DNA from: Promethearchaeota archaeon
Lineage (GTDB): Archaea; Asgardarchaeota; Lokiarchaeia; Sigyniarchaeales; SOKP01
NCBI GenBank assembly: GCA_030603385.1
Contig: JAUVXW010000013.1
Coordinates: forward strand, 10,635-74,634
Direction of reading: 5' to 3'
Length of the DNA stretch: 64,000 bases
The notes beneath the pieces were generated by a model, which searched no databases, had not been told where the DNA came from, and saw nothing but the letters and a program-made list of their open reading frames with translations. Numbering within the stretch: position 1 is the stretch's first letter; the number at the start of each line of letters is the position of its first letter. The position numbers and the translations under genes were made by a program. Positions 45,426 to 54,032 of the stretch are shown here, piece after piece.

Positions 45426-47009
45426 GTGTTAAAAATTAGCGAGAAACTGAATTTTTTATTTATTTTTACAGATCAGCAGAGAGCTGATCATTTAAGTTGT
45501 TATAATAACAAAATGGTATTAAAAACGCCAAATATAGATCTTATCGCTAACGAAGGAATTAAATTTACCAATTTTTACTGTAATAATCCAATTTGTATGC
45601 CTAATAGAAGTACTATTTTTACAGGGCAATATCCTTCAGTTCATGGAGTCACTACGAATGGAAGAAATTTACCAGAGAAAACGAGAACATTTATCGATGT
45701 TTTTTTAGAATCCGGTTTGTACCACACGGCAAGCTTTGGAAAAATACATTTAAATTACTTTGGGGAATATTCTGGCAAATTTCAAAATCCAAATAAAAGT
45801 CAAGAATTTATTCGCGTTAAAAACTATCCTAAATTAACGAATCTTACACCATATTTTGGATTAGAAGAAGTTAAACTCATTTCGGGGCATGGAACTTTTT
45901 GTGGGCATCCAGATTACATTAATTGGGTAAAAAGAAAAATTGAAGATAACATATCATTAGCAAAACCTCTTAGGATACGACTGAAAGATCCTATTGGTAG
46001 TTTTCAAAATAAACTTAATCTATGTTTTGATATCTCATATCCATTCATAAAATTACAAGTAATAAAACATCAACTACCTGAGGAACTTTATTCAACAACA
46101 TTTGTTAAAGAAAACACTATTAGCTTTTTAAAGAGATTTGCTGAAGGACAGTATTCAAAACCAAATTTTTTCGCATTTTGTTCCTTTCCTGATCCACATC
46201 ATCCATTTTCTCCACCAGGTAAATATTTTGATATGTACAAACCCGAAGATGTAATTCTACCTAATAGTTTTAATGATACCCATGCTAAGAGTTCCTTATT
46301 CAATAAAAAACATTATAATGAGATTTTAAATACTGAAGGAACTGTAAAAGGTATATTTCCAAAACCTAAAGATTTGACAGAAGAGGATGCTAAACGTGCA
46401 ATTGCTGCTTCATATGGAATGGAAAAAATGATAGATGATGCCATCGGTGAAATTTTTGAAACTTTGGAGAAAAATAATTTAATAGATAATACTGTGGTTA
46501 TTTATACATCTGATCATGGTGATTTAGGTGGAGATCACAGGTTCTTTTTTAAAGGTCCATTTCTATATCAAGGTTTAATTAAGATCCCATTTTTAATTAG
46601 AATTCCTAATGGAATAAGTAATCAAGTATGTAATTCCCTAGTGAGCTCAATTGATATTCCTGAAACAATTCTAGAATTAGCTGGATTTGAAATTCCAGAT
46701 ACAATGCAAGGAAAGAGCATGGTTCCAATTTTAAAGAATCAAGATGAGATAATAAATGAAGATATCTTAATCGAGATGGATGATGATCACAACAATGAAA
46801 AAACTAGGACACTAATTAGAGACAACTGGAGAATTACTATTTTTCGTGAACATGGAGAATTGTATAATTTAAAGGAAGATCCAGACGAAATGAATAATTT
46901 GTGGAACCATAAACCTTTCTCAGAAAAAAAGGATGAGCTACTTCTAAGGATATTTAAAAAGTGTATACGAAATCAACCAAAAAGAATTAAAAGGGATTGT
47001 GGTTTCTAA
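45426..47009 (+). CDS. Cys-type sulfatase (arylsulfatase family)
   Basis: FIFTDQQRAD, formylglycine motif C-M-P-N-R-S-T, later YTSDHGD. GTG start. Confidence 0.8.
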   Translation: MLKISEKLNFLFIFTDQQRADHLSCYNNKMVLKTPNIDLIANEGIKFTNFYCNNPICMPNRSTIFTGQYPSVHGVTTNGRNLPEKTRTFIDVFLESGLYHTASFGKIHLNYFGEYSGKFQNPNKSQEFIRVKNYPKLTNLTPYFGLEEVKLISGHGTFCGHPDYINWVKRKIEDNISLAKPLRIRLKDPIGSFQNKLNLCFDISYPFIKLQVIKHQLPEELYSTTFVKENTISFLKRFAEGQYSKPNFFAFCSFPDPHHPFSPPGKYFDMYKPEDVILPNSFNDTHAKSSLFNKKHYNEILNTEGTVKGIFPKPKDLTEEDAKRAIAASYGMEKMIDDAIGEIFETLEKNNLIDNTVVIYTSDHGDLGGDHRFFFKGPFLYQGLIKIPFLIRIPNGISNQVCNSLVSSIDIPETILELAGFEIPDTMQGKSMVPILKNQDEIINEDILIEMDDDHNNEKTRTLIRDNWRITIFREHGELYNLKEDPDEMNNLWNHKPFSEKKDELLLRIFKKCIRNQPKRIKRDCGF

Positions 47010-47024
47010 TCCACAAATTAAGAA

Positions 47025-47366
47025 TTAATTTGCTATTTTTATATGAGTATTAGGTGTAAGTATTAGGTAATGATCACCAAGACGTCCCATTGAACCCCCA
47101 TTTTCTCTTAAAAATACCTTTAATTCTTCTATACCTCTCTTAAGCTCAGAGATTTCTACGTTCTCTAAAATTTCTTTTGCATTAATTAATAGTATTCTTC
47201 GTCCAAGCAACTGTTTTTTTATATCTTCCACTTGATTAAGATTAGAGAAATCATACTTCTTTATTATAAAATTATGAAGAAGTGACGAATACTCTTTAGA
47301 AAATCCCATGGTTTCTTGTGGTGAGCCTAAAAGCTCGTTATCCTTACGGTTTCGAAACTTACCCAT
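47025..47366 (-). CDS. sepF: SepF-like cell-division protein
   Basis: 113 aa. C-terminal RILLINAKEI...ELKRGIEELKVFLRENGGSMGRLGDHYLILTPNTHIKI matches the archaeal SepF core pattern (I.I.D......EL.R.I..L......GG...R.....I.TP..V.I). Confidence 0.5.
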   Translation of the reverse strand: MGKFRNRKDNELLGSPQETMGFSKEYSSLLHNFIIKKYDFSNLNQVEDIKKQLLGRRILLINAKEILENVEISELKRGIEELKVFLRENGGSMGRLGDHYLILTPNTHIKIAN

Positions 47367-47646
47367 ATATCAAAATCAACCTCTTATTAAAATTAAAAAT
47401 CAAATAGCACTATTTTCACTAATATAGAGATTTTGAATGATTTTAAATAGAAGAATCATTGTGATACATATTCTCATGTTATGCAGATATTATTCAAGCA
47501 ATATGCAATACAAGGTTATTATACAACAAACTAAAATTAATATCACAAATCAATAGATACAACCCTAATTTTTATCTTAAAATTTGCCTTACTTTTTTTT
47601 CATCTTAGATAAACTTTAAATTAATTAGTTCACCAATGTTTTTAAT

Positions 47647-48183
47647 ATGGAACTAATAAAAAATGAATTTATAGAATTCATAAAAGAAAGAAAGAGCGTT
47701 AGGAGCTTTATTTATAAAAAGATAAGAAAAGAAGTCATACTTGACATACTTGAGGCTGGTCGTTGGGCACCTTCTGGAAATAATAGTCAGCCATGGCGAG
47801 TTTGTGTTGTCATTCATCCTACAGTCAAAAGGATGCTTTCTGAGCTCACTAAATACGGTGGAATACTTGAGGATGCTTATGTGGATCTTGTAATATTTTT
47901 GGATCTAGAAAGAGGTTATGATAGAACAAAAGATATACAAGCAATTGGAGCCTTTGTACAAAACATCCTTTTAGGTGTTCATGCTCAAGAGGATCTTGGT
48001 GCGGTGTGGATAGGTGAAATTTTGAATCGAAAAGAAGATGTCAATCAAATTTTTAAGTTTCCCGTAGAAAAGTTTGAATTAATGGGGGTTGTTGCAATAG
48101 GAATGATTGATGACGCGCGAGAAAAAGCACGGAAAGAATCAAGAGAACGACGCCCAGTAGATAAGTTTATTGATTGGTATTAG
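47647..48183 (+). CDS. Nitroreductase-family FMN oxidoreductase
   Basis: RKSVRSF, ILEAGRWAPSGNNSQPWR. Confidence 0.75.
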   Translation: MELIKNEFIEFIKERKSVRSFIYKKIRKEVILDILEAGRWAPSGNNSQPWRVCVVIHPTVKRMLSELTKYGGILEDAYVDLVIFLDLERGYDRTKDIQAIGAFVQNILLGVHAQEDLGAVWIGEILNRKEDVNQIFKFPVEKFELMGVVAIGMIDDAREKARKESRERRPVDKFIDWY

Positions 48184-48214
48184 AGATTTCTAGCTAAGAG
48201 CCTAACATATTTTT

Positions 48215-49537
48215 TTATTGACTTTTCTTATCTTCTAGCGATTCTACCACTCTCGGGTTTAGAATCCATATCCCAAAAACGAAAAATGGAATCAAAGCCC
48301 ATTCAACCAAGATTGAAATAATAAAAGGCGTTGTGTGGCTAATTTCATAAACAAGACCACCCAAAATAGGACCTATAATAAATCCCATTGAGTCGAAAGA
48401 AGTAATTAATCCGAAGATTTTTCCTCGATGTTTTACCGAAATACGGCTGAGGAAATTTATAAAAACGAAACCTACCGTAAGCATAATTGTATTATCAATT
48501 ACGAGCAGTAAAGAAAAAATCCATAGGTTTTTAGTTAAAAAGACAATAACCCATGTTAAAATACCTCCAACAATACTTGCTATTGAGATAACAAGATAAG
48601 GATTAATTTTATCCGCAATAACACCTAATTTGGGAGCAACTAATGTTCCTACTATCATTGCTGGAAGATAGAACCAACTAATTAAAGCAGGGGGTTCCTT
48701 CATATTTTCGAAGATAATTGGTAATATAAATGGTCTATATATGCCTGCATTGATAGCACCTAATATAAGAGCAAAAAACAGCAATATTATGCCTAATATA
48801 TATAAATGTACTGATCTTTCAGTTGATGTAGTATCATTGATTTTCAGTTCTGAGAGATCATCAATTTCATCAATTGATTCGCTAGGATATTGAAATTTCT
48901 TATCCTCATCGACACTTAGAAAAAACCTAATTCCTGCATAAAAATTTGCTATCCCAAATATAGGAATTCCACTAAAGATAAGAAAGACGTTATCAGGAGT
49001 AAAATAACTAGCTAATCCAAAAATTGAAAAACCGACTATTGTCCCTATTACTTGACCAATACCTAACGCAAATCTTCTGCGTCCGAAAGCTGAAGAACGG
49101 TGATGTTTGGAGGATTTTTCAGAGATAAGGGTGTCTAACGGGACCCAAAAAAGCATCGCACCAAGACCTAAAAGAAACGAGCTAATATAAATTCCAGGTA
49201 GTGATTGTAGAATTATAGAAGAATAAAGACCGAAGTATGACAATCCTCGTCCGAACGATCCTATCATAACTAATTTCTGTTTAGAGACGTGATCTGTTAG
49301 ATAGCCAATAAATAGAGAGCTAATTAGACCCCCAAAAGTTAAAAATGCTGGAAAAAGACCAATTGCTAAGCCAGGTCCTTCCCAAACCTGACTTATCATA
49401 TAGATCATAATGAAATCTACAAAAAAAAATCCAAGTGAATTCCAGATAACTATAAAAATGACTGAATCGAAATCTGAGGTAAATTTATGACTCGGTGGCA
49501 CCGATTGCTTTTTTAATTTCTTTAAGGGTGATTGCAT
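48215..49537 (-). CDS. MFS transporter
   Basis: 12 predicted TM helices in two bundles of six separated by an acidic loop; 440 aa. Confidence 0.6.
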   Translation of the reverse strand: MQSPLKKLKKQSVPPSHKFTSDFDSVIFIVIWNSLGFFFVDFIMIYMISQVWEGPGLAIGLFPAFLTFGGLISSLFIGYLTDHVSKQKLVMIGSFGRGLSYFGLYSSIILQSLPGIYISSFLLGLGAMLFWVPLDTLISEKSSKHHRSSAFGRRRFALGIGQVIGTIVGFSIFGLASYFTPDNVFLIFSGIPIFGIANFYAGIRFFLSVDEDKKFQYPSESIDEIDDLSELKINDTTSTERSVHLYILGIILLFFALILGAINAGIYRPFILPIIFENMKEPPALISWFYLPAMIVGTLVAPKLGVIADKINPYLVISIASIVGGILTWVIVFLTKNLWIFSLLLVIDNTIMLTVGFVFINFLSRISVKHRGKIFGLITSFDSMGFIIGPILGGLVYEISHTTPFIISILVEWALIPFFVFGIWILNPRVVESLEDKKSQ

Positions 49538-49667
49538 GATAACTAGTATAAAAAAGGGGCAAAGAAAAAAAATTTTTGGTTTAGTAATTCAATTAATTTC
49601 TTTTTTAAATGTGTTTGATGTTTTACTTAATTCTACTTCACGTTCCTTCAATATGGAGGTCGTTTTT

Positions 49668-50387
49668 CTATAGCCAAAAATGGAAAATCTCTGAGAAAAC
49701 AGGTCCAACCCAATAATAGAATTTGATCCAATAGATGTAAGTAACCCCAAGATACAATAAAGAGTACAAAATACCAAAAATAAAACCAAAAATTACATCA
49801 ATTGGAAAATGAACACCTAAAATAAGCCTTGAAATAGCTATAACTATGTCTAAAATAATAAAAATAGTTAAAACAATCCAACTTTGAAAGTGAAAGGTAA
49901 AAATGATACCAAAAAGTAGAAAGAAAGCAACGTGTCCACTTGGAAAGGATTGTTTTTCCGATTCTCGCATAAGGTACGGAATTTTAAGAAAATCATCATG
50001 TTTCTTTACCCCATCTTTCTTCAACTTGATATACGGTCGATTTCTCCGAATTATCTTATATCTAATCAGACTATGAATAATAATTGATTGCTCAAATCCA
50101 CTCGTAAATAAGACTAAAAGGTAATAGTTTTTTGTTATATACCCATAAATAAACCATATTAACCATATTAACCCCCAAAAATATAAGGAGCCAAGAAAAC
50201 TAATAACTATTGCAAACTTTTTTGTTCTTTTACTAAAATCACTTTTGTAAATATTAAGGAATGCCTTATGATCCCATTCTTCTAATTTTTCAAGATATTC
50301 CGACAATAGCGACATAAAATTAACAAGGTGTGGATTTGAGTTAATGTGTAAAAATAGATATATATAGTTTTTCCTATTAATAATCAT
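49668..50387 (-). CDS. PAP2-superfamily lipid phosphatase
   Basis: Tripartite motif KIIRRNRP ... PSGH ... SRLILGVHFPID; multiple TM helices. Confidence 0.7.
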   Translation of the reverse strand: MIINRKNYIYLFLHINSNPHLVNFMSLLSEYLEKLEEWDHKAFLNIYKSDFSKRTKKFAIVISFLGSLYFWGLIWLIWFIYGYITKNYYLLVLFTSGFEQSIIIHSLIRYKIIRRNRPYIKLKKDGVKKHDDFLKIPYLMRESEKQSFPSGHVAFFLLFGIIFTFHFQSWIVLTIFIILDIVIAISRLILGVHFPIDVIFGFIFGILYSLLYLGVTYIYWIKFYYWVGPVFSEIFHFWL

Positions 50388-50555
50388 CTTGATTGATTCT
50401 ATTGATAAGAATATAATTAGTATTACCTTTAAGAAATTGGTGATTTCAAGCGATCTAATTGCTATGTAGAAACAACAAATATAAAAATGTTATAAAATAT
50501 TATTAAATTAAAAACCACGTTTCATTATCTGAATATACGTCCTTACATATTTATC

Positions 50556-51071
50556 GTGATAATTATGAGTGTAAATTCAGGATTTTCAGAAGAAAGCCTT
50601 AGAAAAATTGCTGCACAGAAAGTTAGTTTTAGGTTCTCTGTGAAGATTCACGTAGCAATTTTTATTGTTGTAAATGTATTGCTCTTAATGGTTAATTTTT
50701 TCTATACACCAGAACTATATTGGGTTGTGTTCCCCTTCTTTTCATGGTTAATAGGAGTAAATATACATACATTATCTTATATTTTATATGCACGAGGAGT
50801 TTATCCAATGGCTAAACGAGGAATGATTTACCATTTAGATTCCTATATTTTTGTAATGCTTTTTTTGTTTATCATTAACTTAATAACACTTCCAGGGTTC
50901 TATTGGGTACTTTTACCAACACTTTTTTGGGGTACTGGAGTTATTGTTCATGTAATAATTTACGTTCTGTTTTATAGTGGAAAAAATAAGAAACCTGGCA
51001 AATTTGAATCAAGGATGGAAAGAGCAATTGAAAAAGAAATGAATAAAATGAGGAAAAAACAGAATAAATAA
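50556..51071 (+). CDS. Membrane protein with two 2TM-type repeats
   Basis: Two repeated helix pairs (KIHVAIFIVVNVLLLMVNFF..WVVFPFFSWLIGVNIH and a second similar unit), basic C-terminus. Confidence 0.45.
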   Translation: MIIMSVNSGFSEESLRKIAAQKVSFRFSVKIHVAIFIVVNVLLLMVNFFYTPELYWVVFPFFSWLIGVNIHTLSYILYARGVYPMAKRGMIYHLDSYIFVMLFLFIINLITLPGFYWVLLPTLFWGTGVIVHVIIYVLFYSGKNKKPGKFESRMERAIEKEMNKMRKKQNK

Positions 51072-51092
51072 AAAATAAAAGGTATCAAATTA

Positions 51093-51719
51093 ATGTGGTT
51101 AGGAAAATTCTTAGATCTTGAAGATGATATAAATGAATTAAGGTCTAGGATTAAGGAAGAACTTTTGAATAGTCTTCGTAAGAATAAGCTAACTCCTCTT
51201 GAATTTACAATAATAGAAAGCATCTTTAATAGTAAGCAGCTTTCTGGATATGATTTAATAAAAAATTTGAATAGACATTTTGCTGGAACTTGGGAAGCTC
51301 AATCTGGTACAGTTTATCCGATATTATCAAAACTAGAAAAAGATGGTTTTTTAAGCGCCCAAAAAGTTAAAAGTCCAATAGGCCCATTAAGAAAAGTATA
51401 CTCTTTAACTGAAGCTGGCGGAGAATTATTAAAGTATAAGGTAAATAAAAATTATCTTGATCAACTTAAATTTATTGAGAATTTCTTAGTAGAACTCTCT
51501 TCAATTTATATTCATTCTTTTCCTGAAGAAGAAAAGGAAGAAAGGATAGAGGAAATACGAGAAATTTTGCAATTAACTTTAAAAAATGTTATGAATAACA
51601 TTCCTGCTACTCTCGAATTTAAAACAATGTGTAATCAATGTGGATCTGAAATTGGTCGAGAAGTAGCATATTGTCCTACTTGTGGGGCCTCTTTATTTAA
51701 TAGTATAGAAAGCAAATAA
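51093..51719 (+). CDS. PadR-family transcriptional regulator with C-terminal zinc ribbon
   Basis: LSGYDLIKNL...QSGTVYPILSKLEKDGFL (PadR wHTH); C-terminal CNQCGSEIGREVAYCPTCG. Confidence 0.7.
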   Translation: MWLGKFLDLEDDINELRSRIKEELLNSLRKNKLTPLEFTIIESIFNSKQLSGYDLIKNLNRHFAGTWEAQSGTVYPILSKLEKDGFLSAQKVKSPIGPLRKVYSLTEAGGELLKYKVNKNYLDQLKFIENFLVELSSIYIHSFPEEEKEERIEEIREILQLTLKNVMNNIPATLEFKTMCNQCGSEIGREVAYCPTCGASLFNSIESK

Positions 51720-51759
51720 AAACTTAGAAAAAAAATTAAGTGAAATTTTTTAAAGCATT

Positions 51760-53019
51760 TTATTCAATTTCAATGTTATATTTCTTGAAAATTTTTTCGA
51801 GCTCATCGCTAGCTAGATGCTTTAAAATATCTACTAATGGGGCTAAAACTTCCTCTTGCTTTGCCTTTCTATTTTGGCTAATTCTTCCTTCTTTTACTTG
51901 AAAACTCGATTGTGCCCAACTATATTCATCATTAAATGTGAACCAGATTTCTTTATAAGCGCCTTCTTGTCCTCCATTTCCAGCTAATGGCTTCTTATCG
52001 ACAGGTACTTCAGGATCTTGTAGATAACACCAATCTAATATTACCCATTCGAGTTTCCTTGAAGATTCAGGTCTATCTGCTAAATAGATACAATACGCGT
52101 GGCCTCCTTCCTCAGATGAGGGGAATAATGGATTTGTCATTACCTGAGCTGCAGCTACTTTTACTCTCCATGAAGGAATTCCCGCATTTATCAATAGACC
52201 TGCTATTAAAATGGCACCATCTTCACAGTCACCAATTTCCGATTGAATAGATTCAAAAGGGAATTGCCAAAACTCAGGACATTCGACAGATTCATCATCT
52301 CCGATATATTTAAGAAAATCACACACGAACTTCTGAATTACCCTTGCAGTTTCGTTTGCAGTTTCTCGTCTTAATCCCGCTTGACTTATGACATGCCAAA
52401 GAATTGCATCATTATCTTTTATAAAGGTTTTTACATCAGCATCAATTTGTTTTTTATATGATTCACCTCTCAATGCCCTAGCTGTGTAAATGATTGGAGC
52501 TTTTTCCCATTTATCATTCCAGTATTTAAGACCATATTTGCCATAATCACCTTCAAATGGTGAAATTTCAATTAATTCTGGAGGTGTAATAATTTCTTCG
52601 TCTTTCTTCCCTTTCTTCTCTTTCTTTTCTGGTTCTCCTGAAAGAGATTTAGCATTTATAATCCATTTTTTTACTTCACTCTCTGTTGGAACCTTTGTAA
52701 GAACTTTTGGTTTTTCTTTTTTCAAATCCTTCAGTTTAGTTATAATACTTTTTGGATTTCTACGTGCGAATTCTTTTACAGAATCAATTCCAATTAGGTT
52801 TAGAGCATTTGCGATTTTTGGATTGACTCCATCAATCCTCATTAAATCTGCATGCTCTTGCCAGCTATCAAGAAGTTCAGCGGATACTCCAATCTTTTTC
52901 GCCAGTTTTTTGATTTGACTTGTTGTTAGAGGTAATAGGTCTTCAACGTTCCCAAATCCTTGTTTTTCCAAAAGACTAGCATGTACCTTATCAATTCCTA
53001 CAATTTCTATAATTTTCAT
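51760..53019 (-). CDS. Helix-hairpin-helix (DUF4332-like) + transglutaminase-like cysteine-protease-fold protein
   Basis: Two N-terminal HhH-like units (IVGIDKVHASLLEKQGF, IDGVNPKIANALNLIGI). C-terminal IGDCEDGAILIAGLLINAGIP ... GGHAYCIY ... ILDW, giving a Cys-His-Asp arrangement. Confidence 0.55.
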   Translation of the reverse strand: MKIIEIVGIDKVHASLLEKQGFGNVEDLLPLTTSQIKKLAKKIGVSAELLDSWQEHADLMRIDGVNPKIANALNLIGIDSVKEFARRNPKSIITKLKDLKKEKPKVLTKVPTESEVKKWIINAKSLSGEPEKKEKKGKKDEEIITPPELIEISPFEGDYGKYGLKYWNDKWEKAPIIYTARALRGESYKKQIDADVKTFIKDNDAILWHVISQAGLRRETANETARVIQKFVCDFLKYIGDDESVECPEFWQFPFESIQSEIGDCEDGAILIAGLLINAGIPSWRVKVAAAQVMTNPLFPSSEEGGHAYCIYLADRPESSRKLEWVILDWCYLQDPEVPVDKKPLAGNGGQEGAYKEIWFTFNDEYSWAQSSFQVKEGRISQNRKAKQEEVLAPLVDILKHLASDELEKIFKKYNIEIE

Positions 53020-53106
53020 GTTTAACGCTCTAAAATTTTATTCTAATGCAAATAAATCAGTATAACTATAAAAAGAAGATATTAAAATTCTATAAAAAAA
53101 TTTAGA

Positions 53107-53829
53107 CTAAAAATGAATAACAAATTTCTTTTTTCGTTGTTCTAACGAAACAGCTAAAAACGCCTTATTTTGTACTAAATTAAAAATCAACTCAGCAATT
53201 TCTTCATTATTCAGCTTAAGCGAACCACTGATTTCATAAAATAATTTTTCTAGCAAAAATCCGCCTTTAGTTTTATGAGCAAGGACTTTAGCGAATTGAA
53301 AAACTTTTTTAGATTTTGGAGATAATTTTTTTCCCTTCGTTGAGCCTAATTTATACGGTAAGGTTAAATATAGATGGAAAACATCTTCAATGATATCTTC
53401 TATACTCTGTTTTGATTTAGATTGCTTCCGAAAAATTGAAATGTCTCCTTGAAATTGGGTATATAATCCTAAAATTTCTCTTTTGTATTGACCCTCAAAT
53501 AATTCACAAAAAAATTTTAAAACCTCCCTTGTGAATAGAGTGGGTAAATTATTGAGAATTAAACTAATCCAGATCATTTTACCTGCCCGAGTAATTAGAT
53601 ATTTTCCCTCTAGAGTTGCTTGTTCAATTTCCCCTGGTTCTAATGGTAAATCTAAAATTTCATATTGAATTGAACTCCGAAATGTATCAAGAAAATCAAG
53701 ATCAAAACTACCCGCAGTTTTATAGTAAATGATCTCTCGAGATTCTCTATGAGTTATAATAACGTATTCAATTGATAATGCTAAAGATAAATATTCTGAA
53801 ATAAGAATTCTTACCTTCCACTGTGATTT
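53107..53829 (-). CDS. Hypothetical protein; first ATG at 53577, but the frame stays open through the repeat copy up to 53829
   Basis: Hand translation upstream of the ATG gives ...SQWKVRILISEYLSLALSIEYVIITHRESREIIYYKTAGSFDLDFLD...LITRAGK-MIWISL. This N-terminal stretch is the segment repeated at 56653-56830 and 58414-58604. No canonical start in the extension. Confidence 0.4.
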   Translation of the reverse strand, partial: KSQWKVRILISEYLSLALSIEYVIITHRESREIIYYKTAGSFDLDFLDTFRSSIQYEILDLPLEPGEIEQATLEGKYLITRAGKMIWISLILNNLPTLFTREVLKFFCELFEGQYKREILGLYTQFQGDISIFRKQSKSKQSIEDIIEDVFHLYLTLPYKLGSTKGKKLSPKSKKVFQFAKVLAHKTKGGFLLEKLFYEISGSLKLNNEEIAELIFNLVQNKAFLAVSLEQRKKKFVIHF

Positions 53830-53870
53830 CTATGTATATTGAATAGTGTCTTTTTTATTTATAATTTTGC
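53681..53870 (-). repeat. Copy 1 of a ~180 bp dispersed repeat (putative promoter + 5' coding fragment)
   Basis: Aligns by eye at roughly 90% with 56653-56830 and 58414-58604, e.g. cagttttatagtaaat.atc.ctc.agattctctatg.gttata and ctaaagataaatattctgaaata.gaattc.taccttccactgtgatttc. Confidence 0.85.
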
Positions 53871-54032
53871 GTGTTATTTCTTAAAATGTATCGTTAAATT
53901 CAGAATTTAAAAAAGCTATTGTTTTATGAGTTATGAGATAAAATTGTTCAAATTCCTTTGAGTACACAAAAGTATTAAATACTATATTATAAACAATTTA
54001 TTTAACAAACTTTAAAAAAATGGCGAAATATT

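Noticed and set aside
49589-49789. 66-aa minus-strand ORF overlapping the 3' end of the PAP2 gene
   Set aside because: It is an alternative frame of the PAP2 C-terminal region, with no independent support.
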